Assembly (NCBI GenBank): GCA_010015585.1
Contig: ML975168.1
DNA from: Eremomyces bilateralis CBS 781.70
Lineage: Eukaryota
Strand: one strand, 5' to 3'
DNA: 53,682 bases
Positions 10,816 through 23,200 of this stretch are shown here, piece by piece. The notes under the pieces are model-generated. The model saw only the letters and a program-made list of their open reading frames with translations. It did no database searches and was not told where the DNA came from. Made by a program: the position numbers and the translations under genes. Numbering within the stretch: position 1 is the first letter of the stretch; every line of letters begins with the position of its first letter.

Positions 10816-11337
10816 CGCTATGGGTTCAACAAATGAAGTATCAAAACCTTGGGTGCGCTGACTTTAAAGATCATGAGTAGTCGGAGGTGAAGTCGCCACC
10901 CGAGTCGCCGCCGTTCGAGACTCTTCCAAAGTGCATGCAAACTTGATCATTAATGCCAGCGCCAGAGAATAGGACCCCCAGGCTACAGCAAATTTATACC
11001 TCCACGATCTGACCTTCGAGTCAGAATTCCTAGAAGCGGACTCATGTGTTGGAGACCTAAGTGAGGATGCAATCAGACGAGTCATCACTGCGAATAAAAA
11101 AGGTACTCGGTGACTTTGTGAGCTGTGGCTTAGAGAGATCCAACACCGCCGCGCTCCACCCCAGTCCGCTTCAGGGACTGTGGTGAATCGATTTCATCCT
11201 CGAAAATCATGTGAAGGCAAGGTTTATTCCTGAAGGAATATTGTATTTACATGTCATTATCATTGCGACGAGCCCAAATCCTCCCTTGCTGCTCTGGGCG
11301 ATGATGGGGCTTAGCCTCCGAGGTGCTTATGGTATGA

Positions 11338-11408
11338 GACTCGTGATGAGAATATCGCCTACTCGAAGAATGCTCCGCCGATATGTCTAAGTCTTGTTTC
11401 TCTGAGTC
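11338..11408 (+). ncRNA. Candidate box C/D snoRNA, probably intron-encoded in a non-coding host transcript
   Basis: Box C GTGATGA 11343-11349 and box D CTGA 11402-11405, closed by a GAC/GTC stem. Flanked by GTATGA (11332) and a polypyrimidine tract ending in TAG (11466). Target not identified. Confidence 0.5.
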
Positions 11409-12234
11409 GGATTCTATCGAACCCTGTCAGAGCCTTTTTTCTTCCCTTTCTTCTTTAATGAACTAGACGCCAGATAGGCTTGTCAGTGCCTATGTCGCGG
11501 CCGAGAGAAGGGCGTTGGCGCGTATCAACGACCTTCGGGCCGGGCGAGTTCATTTGGCTCGCATGGACGGGCTACAACGACCTTCCGATGTGGGACAACG
11601 GTCTGACGTTCTAGGCGTTCGCTCCAGAGGTGACGGTCAGGGCGTTCAAGCTATGAAGACAGCGGAGTTGATAAGGTTGGATCAGTAAGGTCACCTAGAC
11701 CTCGATAGGCTGTCTTTAAGAAAACGGAGGAGATCGCGGCTAGGGGTCGTTTGCAGCGAAAGCATCGAAAGAGATATAGGGGATCCCAAGAAAGATTCAA
11801 TAACGAGAGAAGTCGTCTTATAAGAAATGGCAATGATATCTGTTGCCTCACATCCACGGGTGCTCTCAGCGCTGCAAAAGGACCGGTCTCATGCCATTGA
11901 TCGTGCCACACCATATCATAATATTCATATCCGGTCTATTTGACACAGCAATATTTTAATGATCGATGAATCTGTACAATGCTTGAGAGAGGGCCAAAGA
12001 TAGGAATTCGAGAAAGTTACAGAAAACAAGGTACAGTAGTAAAGATGTGACCATCGTCCGTTGGGTTCGAGTCTCAGAACGCTAAAGTACCGCGCTCAAC
12101 CCCTGCAAGATGTCTATAACTCCGTCCAAGTATCCTCATCAATCATCATCTATCCCAATCCGACTTGAAGTTCGCTCTCAACTTCATGCCACGACAATAG
12201 ACAGATTTCGTACCTTTCTAAGCCTTTCTTCGTC

Positions 12235-13060
12235 ATGGAGATCGAGCCAGTAGCCTCCTTTTCTTTGACACACGTCCACTATGTACAGTACCAATCTCCC
12301 CGCTCCATTTCTTTAGTTGCCCACATATTAACAGCTATCCTATAGAATCCTAATGACCGCTTTTCCTACCTCTGCGCCTGGCTCGCTCTTGTCCCGCAAG
12401 GACTCTGCGTCGTATACGCCACCCTAATATGGAGCGCGCGGGAAGCTGAGATCATACTCATGTTTACCGGGCAGTTGGCGTGTGAGGCGTTCAACTGGTG
12501 TTTGAAGCGCTATATCAAGGAAGAGCGGCCAAAGCGTAGGTGATTCTGACGTTCCTATTTGATTTCACCGGGATATATCCAAGCTGAACTGACCTCGGAT
12601 AGAAATGTTTGGCAAAGGCTATGGCATGCCTTCCTCACACGCCCAATTCGTCGGTTTCTTCGCCATCTACCTCGCGCTTTTCCTCCTCGTCCGACACGAC
12701 CCGCGTCCCGAAACTTCTCACGTTCCCACCACTTTCCTCCAACGGCTCCTGCTTTCGATCGTCGCATTCCTCTGCGCTGTAGCTGTGGCGGTCAGCCGGA
12801 TCTACCTGAGCTACCACACGCCGAAGCAGGTGCTCGTCGGGTTCGTCGCGGGCTCCGTTTGCGCCGTCGCATGGTTTCAAGTAACATCGATATTACGAGC
12901 ACGAGGATGGGTCGACTGGGGGTTGCAGCAGCCGATAGCCAGGCTGGCAAGGCTTCGAGACCTCGTTCTCACCGAGGACTTACAAGATGCAGGATGGGGC
13001 CGGTGGGAGGCCAGAAATCGGAAGCCTATGCAAAAGTCCGCAAAGGGAAAAAAGCAGTGA
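12235..13060 (+). CDS. CAX4: Dolichyl-pyrophosphate phosphatase (PAP2 family, Cax4/Cwh8/DOLPP1); introns ~12283-12345 and ~12536-12603
   Basis: SLTHVHY|NPND, LKRYIKEERP, GYGMPSSHAQF, SRIYLSYHTPKQV. Confidence 0.9.
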
Positions 13061-14629
13061 TGTTCCAACTTATAGGTGTCGACCTTTTAACTCGTTGGTT
13101 CTTCATGATGCCATAACGCTATTGAGCCGAGAGCGGGAGTTTGTGAGTATCCTTTCATGTCCAATGAGGGCCGTATTATTCACGGGCACCATTCCAACCC
13201 TAGTCCCTCCTAATATGTGTGATTCTTCCACCTCATTCTTCGTAATATTAGTCCCCCCGGCGCCCCTCGCGTAGTCGAAGCTCCGTTTTTGATGCCCCTT
13301 ATCATTTGCCTCCGGTCGTTAACTACTATCCCTCTTCATGCTTGTTTCATACCGCACTCAATAATCCTCCACAGCCATCTCTATCTTCTGCAAGAGACAG
13401 CTTTTCCAACACGACTCTTTCTTCTTAACTCCCTTTAACCGATATCATGACGACTCTGATTCTAGCAATGAGAGGGAATGTTTCAAGGCGGCGCCCGCTG
13501 AAGCAGGTTCACAGCCAGTGCCGGCAGAGGGTGATAGACGTCCGAGAGAGTGGACGGCCATCGGTTCTCTTGTTAGTACTGACGAGAAATTTAACTATTT
13601 AATAACTGACAAGTCTCTCAAAGGATCAGACATCACGATCCCAAGCCAATATAAGACGGGAGGAGTCCCCCAGAGCTTCAAGCTCCATCGAGACCAGTGA
13701 CGAAAGATCGGTAAACACGAGGCCTTCCACGCCCAAGGTGAACAATGATCAGGACCCCTACCATCAGGACACTTTCGACCAAGGATCCAGCGGAAATAAT
13801 TTCTCCATCAGAGGCGCCGCAGCTGGACGGACTGGATTTGCGAGGCGAAGGGAGATCGGACAATGCCGACGAGATCTTGATCACGTGCCCTAATCCCAAC
13901 TTGATTCCGGTTCGGGGTTCGTGTTATGGCCGTCTGGTCGCCGGGAAACTCACCAGACCTCTCGGACCTCGGGATCTAGCATTATGGTCCCAGGCCTGTG
14001 GCCTAGGACCGTGGCTGGTGGATTGCATGGAGGGTTATCAAGGAGACAGTCATGTGGGAGCTGCGTGTTAGGATAGAAGGGCTAGGAACGAGAGACTGCA
14101 TCAAAATTGAGCAAGTGACTGGTGGAGTTCTGTTTCAGCGTGCAGCTCAGTGAAATTCCTCAAGGCCCGCTTCTCATGCCATGGTCAGGCTACTCCAAGT
14201 GCCAATCTGTATGAGTTCGCGACGTTCATCAGTCAAACCCGTCATACACTCACCTTTCGAAAGCATTTACCACTACGTCGACATCATCGACACCGAACAC
14301 AAGCACGCAAGCCAAACGAACGAATCATGGTGGGTAAATCTGTGCCATTGAATCCATCTCCCTCCGCAGCAGTCAGCCCGGGTACTTAGCATAACCAGCA
14401 TAGGTAATCTATTCTACATGTAAAATAAACCGCCATCACTACCACCACTCCCTATCCTATCCAGTCTGTTGTTCCCCATCCACGAACCAACCAACCTAAC
14501 CCAACCCAATCTACTCGATAAACCCAAGGCACAGATACGAGCTTTGCGCCGTCCATCCATCCAACTCCCCATCCAATCCAACCCGAGAGATAGATAAGAT
14601 AGGTAGCCATGGCGACCGAACCGCGAAAA

Positions 14630-17287
14630 CTACAAGTGCAGAACCCTCAACCGACCCCACGGCTCCTGCAGTCGACTCCGACCCAGGCTCCGCCGCGGCG
14701 TCGACGTCGTCGCCGCTGATCCCACCGCATGCACAGCCTCGGCCTGCACCGCGCAGTGCAAGGCCGACGACGACTGCAGCGCGGTCGCGCGCGATGACTC
14801 GTCTCTGCACACCCACCCGGACGACGACGCGGACAGGCGCGGCGTCGAGGCGCCGGAGCCGTCGGCGGTGGACGTCCCGGGATGCTGATGATCAGCGTCG
14901 AAATGAAAAAGAGGAGATTTAAGGGGGGAAATTGGCGGGGGTTGGAGATCCCCTTCTTTCACCGCACTACCGCTGTTGCGAGCCCAGGAAGTGAGGCCGC
15001 CGAACCCGCTGGCGAGGGAGCTGCCGAAGTTACGCTTGACGCCGAAGTTGAAGAAACTGGATCCAGTACTGTTGCTCGGAGGTGACACGCTGTCGCCCGG
15101 TCCGCCGGATGTGGTGGCCTCCGCCTTACCGTGGTGGTCCGCACTGTCATTGTCATTGCCAATGTGATCCTCGAAAACGGCAGTCTCGGAAACCGGAGTA
15201 TGCTTCCTCCAATCACGACTAATCGCCCACTCCTTCGCCTGCTCCCTCTCGATCCACCCCGGCGTCCTCGGCACCGCCGGCACCTCTTCCTTCTCTTCCG
15301 CACCGGCCGTCGCTCGCCGCCAACTCAATGCCCTCGCCCGCGCCGTAAACCCACCGCTTTCTTTCTCGCGCGGCTCTCGCTTACTCTTAAGCTCGGCGAA
15401 CTTTGACGTCACGCTCTTTGCGCGCTCGCGGACGGGATGCGCGCGGCGGCGATCGCCGAGCTCAGCCCATTTGTCAAGGAGGCCGGACTTGGGTGGGGAG
15501 GCGGGCGTCGGCGGGGAGGCGTAATGATGAGGCACAGGAGTGTGGATCGTTGGCACGCTGCTAGGCTTGGCAGGGGTGGCGCGTGGGGTCGGGAAAGAGG
15601 AGTCAGGGTAGACGGCAAGTTTGGCGTGGTGAGGGGTGGGTGTGACGTTGCAGTCTTCGAAGAAGAAGCCGGTGTGCTCGGAGACAGAGACGTTGTCGGC
15701 GTTGTTGCGGGCGCGGGAGGGGGTGCGGACACGGGCGATGTTGGTGGCGGCCGGGTTGGGGTGTTCCTGAAGGGCAGAAGCACGAGGGGTGTCGCGGCCG
15801 GATGACGGGGAAGAATCGACCAGTTCGTGAGACTTGAGCGCGGTGATGGTCTTGGCTGGGGCGAGCTGCAGGTCCGATGCCGGGAACGGGAGGTGGTCTT
15901 GGCTTTGGTTCTCCTGTTGGTGGTGGATGGCATCGTTGTTCTCGTTCTCGTCATTTTCTTCATCGTACAGATCGGACCAGCTCTTGGAAAAGATCTGCCC
16001 TTTGCCGCCGTAGATGCTCGAGAAGTTGGGTCCGGGTGCTGGTAGTGATCCGGAGATGGGAACCCTCATCGGCCTGCTACGTGCAATGGAGACAGCATTG
16101 GCTTCGGACTGCAGCGAGACACCAAGACCAGAGTCGACGGCGCTGGAAATCGAGGCGCTGTCGGGCTTGACACTGAACCAATCCTCGCTCGTCTCTCCCG
16201 ATCGCTGGGACGTGCCAAAGAGATCCTCCGAGGCATATTCGCTGTCCGGAATGGCACTGAGGCGTCGAACCGGTTGCGGTGGAGACATGGCAAGAGCCTT
16301 GGCCCATGGGAAGGCGCCGTTGGTGACCTGGGGAGACGTGACGGACGGAGTCCGAAGGGGCTCGCGGTTGGCACTGGCAGGAACAGGGGAGGTGACCTCG
16401 TCGGTGCAGAATTCGTCGAACATCTCGTTCTCGGTGGTGAAACTGACGACGCGCTTGAGGGCGGTCTTGACCTTGGCCAAGGAGCGCCTGGCGGGATCGA
16501 GTGCAAGACAATGCATCAGTACCTCGAAGGTGTCTTGTGACATGTTCGGGAACACGTCGAAGAGGTTCTGTCGATCTCCCGCAAAGTCGGCAAAAAGCGG
16601 ATCCGAGATCGTCGGCGTGGCGAATGGGTTCCGAGAGAAAAGGACGTTCAGGAGACAGATACCGATGGCCCAAACGTCGGCTTTGGCGGGATCATAGCCA
16701 CTGGGTGATGGATCGTACTGTTCGGGAGCCATGTATCGATCGCTGCCGACCGCTGCTTCGAAGCTCGGGGAGTCGGACGTTGCCAAACCAAAGTCACCAA
16801 GCTTCATGGAACCGTTCTGGGAAAGGAAAATGTTCTCCGGCTTGATGTCGCGGTGGTAGATATCCTTGTCGTGCATAAACTCGACGGCGCGGATGAGTTC
16901 CAGCATGAATTCGCGGACATGCTCCGTTTCGAGGGGTCCGCGGCCGACGCGAATGGCTTCGTAGAGGTCGCCATTCGTGCAATACTCCAAAACCAAGTAG
17001 GTGTGATTCGTGGTCTCGAACGAGTGTAGGAGATTGACAATGTTGCGGTGGTGACCGATGCGACGATGGATCGCCTGTTCCTCGGAGCGATCATCCACAG
17101 AAATGGCCGAAGGACACGTGATCGCCGCCGATGGCTTCGTGAGACACTTGAGTGCTACGAAGTCACCGGTGAACGTATCCCTGGCTTTGAAGACCATGCC
17201 AAACGAGCCATGGTTGAGAGGTGCGATGGTCCGATATCGTCCATCGAGCAAGACACCCTCCTCGAAATCGTTCCGCATGCAATCCAT
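14630..17287 (-). CDS. KSP1: Ser/Thr protein kinase, Ksp1-like, with long low-complexity C-terminus
   Basis: LNHGSFGMVF, VALKCL, YHRDIKPEN, LGDFGLAT, VGSDRYMAPE and SKSWSDL; single 885-aa ORF. Confidence 0.85.
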   Translation of the reverse strand: MDCMRNDFEEGVLLDGRYRTIAPLNHGSFGMVFKARDTFTGDFVALKCLTKPSAAITCPSAISVDDRSEEQAIHRRIGHHRNIVNLLHSFETTNHTYLVLEYCTNGDLYEAIRVGRGPLETEHVREFMLELIRAVEFMHDKDIYHRDIKPENIFLSQNGSMKLGDFGLATSDSPSFEAAVGSDRYMAPEQYDPSPSGYDPAKADVWAIGICLLNVLFSRNPFATPTISDPLFADFAGDRQNLFDVFPNMSQDTFEVLMHCLALDPARRSLAKVKTALKRVVSFTTENEMFDEFCTDEVTSPVPASANREPLRTPSVTSPQVTNGAFPWAKALAMSPPQPVRRLSAIPDSEYASEDLFGTSQRSGETSEDWFSVKPDSASISSAVDSGLGVSLQSEANAVSIARSRPMRVPISGSLPAPGPNFSSIYGGKGQIFSKSWSDLYDEENDENENNDAIHHQQENQSQDHLPFPASDLQLAPAKTITALKSHELVDSSPSSGRDTPRASALQEHPNPAATNIARVRTPSRARNNADNVSVSEHTGFFFEDCNVTPTPHHAKLAVYPDSSFPTPRATPAKPSSVPTIHTPVPHHYASPPTPASPPKSGLLDKWAELGDRRRAHPVRERAKSVTSKFAELKSKREPREKESGGFTARARALSWRRATAGAEEKEEVPAVPRTPGWIEREQAKEWAISRDWRKHTPVSETAVFEDHIGNDNDSADHHGKAEATTSGGPGDSVSPPSNSTGSSFFNFGVKRNFGSSLASGFGGLTSWARNSGSAVKEGDLQPPPISPLKSPLFHFDADHQHPGTSTADGSGASTPRLSASSSGWVCRDESSRATALQSSSALHCAVQAEAVHAVGSAATTSTPRRSLGRSRLQEPWGRLRVLHL

Positions 17288-20200
17288 GGACTAGTTCTGG
17301 AGAAGAAAACGACGGTGAGTGCCGTAACCGAACACGTCGAAGACGGAGTCAACGACGAATGCTTGGTGACGAGCGAACGGAACGATCAAGAACCACCGGG
17401 AAATTTCCAACCGTCAAAGAACACCAACCGATCGAAACCTCGAAAGAAATGAAGCCCACGGAACGCTGTTATAGTAGCAAACGACAATCTTGCAGAAAGG
17501 CAGATCAAGGCCACCGAGTCTTTTTGAGTCCTTTTCTCCAAAGACAGAAATGTGAAAGGCGGGGGTCGTAACTCGACCAACGGAAGGCAACAGGATAGGA
17601 AAACGCCAGGAATCCAGGTATCAGGTATCGAGACTCGCTCAAGACTGGACAAACTATACAGAGTCGGAAAGAGGAGAGTGGTATATCGCTAATCGTGGTT
17701 CGTGAGAGTGAGATGATCGAGAGGTATTAAACACAAGAAAGAGTAAAGACTGTGGTCGTTCTCATTGGTAACAAGATTAAGTTCGGTATGAATATCGCCC
17801 GGGATATCCACAGGGCCACTTGAACGAGCGGCAGAAGTGAAGAGAAATCGTGAAAGGACAGATCTGGTCGGTCGGGACGGTCGTGCGTAATGGGACAGAG
17901 GAAATGGTCGTGATAAACGTCGGGTGACGCGGGCGTGGCGGTTCGTGAAGGAGCTGGAGCTATCGGACTGAGATCACGATGCCGTGTCCGTTCAATGTTT
18001 CGACGCTGGAGAGCTTGACCGGTGAATCATCAATGGAGGTTACAGCCGGATGAGATCAATAGTGATCTTGGAGTGGTGATAGGATGGATGGTCTGAGCAA
18101 CAATAGGTCGTCCAAATTGATGATGCAATGGGATGCAAGGGACCCGGGAAGAACTGAAACGGACGAGCTAATCGGACAGACGAAGCAACGTCGTCGTCGA
18201 TGGCTTTCGCTTTCGGATCAAAGCAGTCTTCTCATCAATGCGGTTGATCTGATCAGACGATGGATTGCTTGCGTTGCTTGGTCCGGAGATGGTCGTGGCA
18301 CGGAGGAACGAGAGTGATAAGGAGTATAGGTGGCGGATCGGTAGGTAGGTGTGTGTGAAGGTCGGAGGAGAAGGGAAGAGTGGAGGGATATGGTTCAGTC
18401 GTCACAAGCCTTGAGGTTGAGAGCCTTGCTGGGGGGTAGTTGCGTCAGGGAAACGAGGTGGTGGAATGTTGTGGAGGAGGTGACGTTGGAGTCAGGAATG
18501 AAGGAAGCCTTCGAAGCTTAAGCTCTTGACTGGGTCTTCGGCAACGAATTCTAGAACGACGCTGGTCGAGAGGCGTAGAATCTCGTCAGGTGGCAGTGAA
18601 GGCGGAAGTGGTTGCGTGGAAGAGAGAGGCAATTGAGTCAGGAATTAGGTAGCCTGGAAGGAGTGATGACAGCAACCGATAGCAAGAGGCTTCAAGATCA
18701 AGGAGTGGACGACACGAATGCGAATGGATGGGAAGAAGGAACGAAGATAGATGTGAGAGAAATGAGTAGGTAGGTAGGATTATGACATGAGATGTGAAGA
18801 AGAGGGGAGGATGAAGATTAGGAGTAGATACGAGATGGGAGCTTAAGGTGGGTGGTGGGATGAAGATATGGGAGATTGCAGGTGTTTGGAGAGAGTCGAG
18901 ATGGGGGATGGACGATGGAGGGGCGGCAGCGGGAAGAAGACGGTGAAGAGCAACAACACGCAGATTGGGTGAACGCAGCAGGGATTGAGGGGGAGGGAGA
19001 AGGTCAAGAATCGGATGGGAATTGAAAGGCGACACCAGAAGAGGGTGGAAGAGTGAAAGAGTTGAAAAGCAGGGGAGGGCGGAGGGATTCAAGCAGCTTA
19101 GCAACAATGGCTCGAGGGTCCAGTGACTCCAGGTGCAAGATCGCTGCGTTGTGAATGGTGTAAAGAATCAATAATTCGCAACGATGGCGGGCGGTGTAGT
19201 TCGCGGATTAAGGGGGGTTTTAGTGACTCGGCGATTGCGAGAGAAGCTGCTAGAACACACCACCCACTGGAGCGCCGGGAGTCCGGGAGTCGGGGAGTCA
19301 AGTGTTCAATCGAATTCAAGGCGCCCGGCAGCCCAGAAACACCCTCAGCGCACCCAAAACAACGAGCAACAAGGGTGTCTGCAGCTGCCTGCAGTAGCCT
19401 GTATGAAAACCCAGCCAATCACAATGTAATCTTGCCAGTTTGCGCCCCCCCCAACTCCACGAGTCATAGGTAATATACCACATTAAGCATAATGGTGAAA
19501 GAAACATGCTTGTTAACACCATCTAATTGCCACCACCCATTCACGTCAGGTACCGGTATTCCATTACGACAACCTCCCCAGAATTACCGCATTCCCCCAT
19601 TCATTTGCGTACGACGATTTTGGCCGTGCAGTCATCACTGGACCCTCTTTTCAAAAGAACAGATCAGAACGCATCACGGAACTCGGACAAAGAAGCACGT
19701 TGCGGGCTCAAAGACCACATGATCATCACATGGAGCCTTGGGGACCGGTCGGAATTCGGATCGCGAGGAGCCTCAACGGTCATTGCCATGGAAGAATGGC
19801 GAATTGTCCTATGACGCCTCCGCTCTCCATTGTTGTCCCATTCCCTCAATACTCTCAATCCAATCTGCGTTGTCCCATCCACCAACGGTGTTTGGCAACA
19901 TTGTTACACCTCCTCCATATCCTATCTAGCGTTCCTCCGAAAGCGGGAATAACGGCATCAATAATAGTCCGTGCATACTCACACTAACCCTGTTTATCCT
20001 AGTGCTGCCCTCAAATAGCAGGAATAGGGATCTCCCCAAGTCGAAGTCATCCAACCAGCTGACGTCGTGCAATTTCCCGCACCAGCAGCCGCTTCAGTTG
20101 CCTGTTCTCCTCTCTCTAAATAATACACAGCAGACGCAACTATCCAGCACCCCTCGCTCCAATCGTTCGTACAGGTCGTCATGAGGGGTGTCCTGCGACC

Positions 20201-23200
20201 CTGCCCCGTCTCGAGCAGAGTGGCAGCATGACAGGCGCCCATCACGCGGCCGCTGCGGAAGCGCCATCGAACGCCAGTGCTGAGTGGATGACCGCGCAAA
20301 GAACCTTCTCGAGGGATTCATCTCCTGAGACATATTTAGTTGCTGGAATAATGCTTATTGTTTTGGTGGACGGAACTGAACTGCCGACGTTCGAGTGAGA
20401 GATGCAACGTGTTCAGATCCTAACGCCATGACTTGATGACTGGGAGTCTGGGACGGAGCGGAGTCAGGTGAATGTATCAAAGACGAAAGGACACCGTGGA
20501 ACGGGCCCACTCCTTCAGGTACCAGAAGTACTGCTAGTCAGAACTCAGAATCGGGACACTTGTGCGGATTACGGTCGTAACTCGCTCCCGACCAACCCAC
20601 CCTATCCTATCGCACGTCTCCCATCATTTCACCACCAACGTGTCCCTCTCCCCTTCGTCGCCGCAGCGCCATGTATGCCGTCCCCTTCTCCCCTCTGCGA
20701 ATCACCTCTCTCCTACCTCCTCGTCCCCGCGAATCCAGGGCCCTAGCTGCGTCATGAAAGTGCCGCTCGTCCCTCGCCAGCAACGATCGTCGCGTGCGTC
20801 AGGTTCGGCTTTCGGGTTCCGTGGGCGCGTTTCAGACGGCGCTTGTCCGCGTTTGGGGCGTTGGATACGAGAACGGATTGTGGGGAATTGGGAAACGGGG
20901 TTTTGGGAGTTAGGAGTTGAGACATGCGTGAAGTACCGTGGTGGATCGGATGTTTAGGAGTCGGTTTGAGTCTCGCCTTCGACGATGGCTTTGGAATAAG
21001 GAGAGGCAATTGTCCTTCTCAAACTATCCGCTGCGATGAACATTTACAGATGTCTCGCCCTCAAGTAATCCACTGCTATTCCCGTACCCAACTCCCGCTT
21101 CTCTCCATCCCTCCTTTCCATCTATAAGCGCAACTATCATGAAACTCCCCGCTATTAGGGTACCAACGAGAACAACCCAGCCATCCTCTCCTGACCACAA
21201 ACACGAGACAAAGTCAACATGCACAGTAGAGGGAATCCCGTAGTAGGGAGTAACAAATCCTGAAACGATTCGCCCCCACCCCTATTCCCGACCAGCCCAG
21301 CGGGAAGCATCCCAGCTGCTTCATGTTAATTGACGGCGGGAAGCGTTCGGGAGCCAGGTTGGCAGCAGATATGAGATGGATAGTGAGCAATATGGGAATA
21401 GGCGGTTGTGATATGACGGGCGTAGGCATGGATAAGGAACTTTCGTGTCGTCAGGGCCCGATTAGCAAGGCGATATTAACGTTGAGAGCTTGGCCTTGAT
21501 GGCAATCCGTACGACTTGGATATCAGCCCAGTGAGCAGGATCGTTGTGAATCCTTGATAGTTTGATTCTTATCAGCGATCAATTATCATCCCCTCTCAAA
21601 TCTCAATTCCAATCATTCAGAGCATGATCTCCCAACAGCCGCCAACCGCACCCTCCCGACTTCAATACTAACGCCAATAACAAGCAGTGCCTAGCGATGC
21701 TGCGAATACCCGCCGTAGCATCACCGCGCCAACCCTCCCTCCTGCTGTACCCCTTCATTTTCCTCCTAACAAACCTGTACCACTCCAACCTCGCCCTGTC
21801 CTCCCAACCCAGCCCCTCTAAACCTCTCTTCACTGACCCTCCTCGACACAGCTCCGTCGCACGGCATTGTGGGCCGGGATCTAGGCCGCTCGACGGACCC
21901 GACGCGGTTTGGTATACCTTTCGTGATGTGAGAACGCGAGCGGGCAGTGGGGGAGACTGGACGGGGAGGAGGGGACAGGATCGATGGCGTGTGGTAGGTA
22001 ATACGGGAACGGGTGCTCATGGCAAGGCGGCTAGGTAAGGTATCCTGATTCCTGATTGTTATGCTCCCTAGTTCTTGTAGACTGCTGAGGATCTGATTGA
22101 TGTTTATGGAGTATTCGTTGTGGCTATTGGAGGTAGGAGATAGACTGAGCGCGACTGAACGTCTCGATCCTGGATTCATAAAATCCCGTTGGAGTACAGC
22201 TGTCAGCTACGGACTACACTGTATGACTTGACGATTTTCCTCTGCAATACCCCCCGCCATCGAAGCAGTCTGAGAAAGTCGCGTCGTTGTAGTAGCTAAC
22301 AAGACGATATGGGAGAATTGAGGGCTTTGGACTTTGAAGGATTCACAATGTATGTATCCGTGCCGCAGCGTAACGCGGAGGCTGACTTCGTATTACTTCC
22401 TTCCAAGCTCCCCCCGCATATTCCCGTCCCAGCAGGACATGCATAGCCGCCTTCCACAGCGCAGTTAATTGCTTGACCTCGACTAACCGTGCCACATTTT
22501 GGATATCCAGAGAATGGGCGGTTAAGAATAGAAGACATCGTCATCGAGCAATGGCCAGGAAAGCACTGTTGCTGACTTGCTGTCGACTTGCGCCATCGGT
22601 GCCTCCGTGGACTTGACTATGCCGCAAGCGGCCGGTCGGCAGCCCGCTTAGGCCAAGCGTTCATGGCGCCGGGGTTGGCGATTCGCAGGTTTGAGGATTC
22701 AGGTCGTGTATTCTCATCATGTCTTAGAATTTGGATGGATCAATAAAACTATTGCTCCCATATGTGCTGTTGTGTTGGTTTCCAGTCAGTGATCGACTCT
22801 TCGGAATTATTTGACTTCTGTCAACGTGCTCCTGAGTCCACCCTGAACTCTCATCGCTTAACGTTCCCAAGTCACGATCATCAGAACGGGGTGGATCGGC
22901 GACACCCCACAAAGTCACTACGCTCCTGTCCGTGGCGTCCACTAACTCAGGGGCTTCTCCGCATGACCTTTTCCAATACTGCTCCGTCGCTCATGGATAA
23001 CCACCTTTCCTGGGTCGGGGCGTGGGTCAGATGCTGCATCCTAATTCTTGTCATTCAGGTATTGGCGTTCTTTGCAATTCATGACAGGGCCCTTGGTACG
23101 CTCAAGATGTTGTGTCATGCATTCCGATATGGAAATTAGGAGAATTTGAAGGTCCTGCGGCCTGCCTCGTCTCGACCACGCTTGGCAGAAAAAGCGAGTT

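Noticed and set aside
13200..14400. Short ORFs between CAX4 and KSP1, possible TE or gene relic
   Set aside because: No recognisable motif or consistent splice structure.
14511..17100. Many antisense and alternate-frame ORFs over KSP1 (likewise over ITT1, SSL1, F-box, CLPTM1)
   Set aside because: Shadow ORFs caused by GC-rich codon bias in the real genes.
21603..22179. Overlapping minus-strand ORFs with a protein-like stretch (GLGWEDRARLEWYRFVRRKMKG)
   Set aside because: No family recognised and no convincing start or exon chain; may be a small orphan gene but is unsupported.
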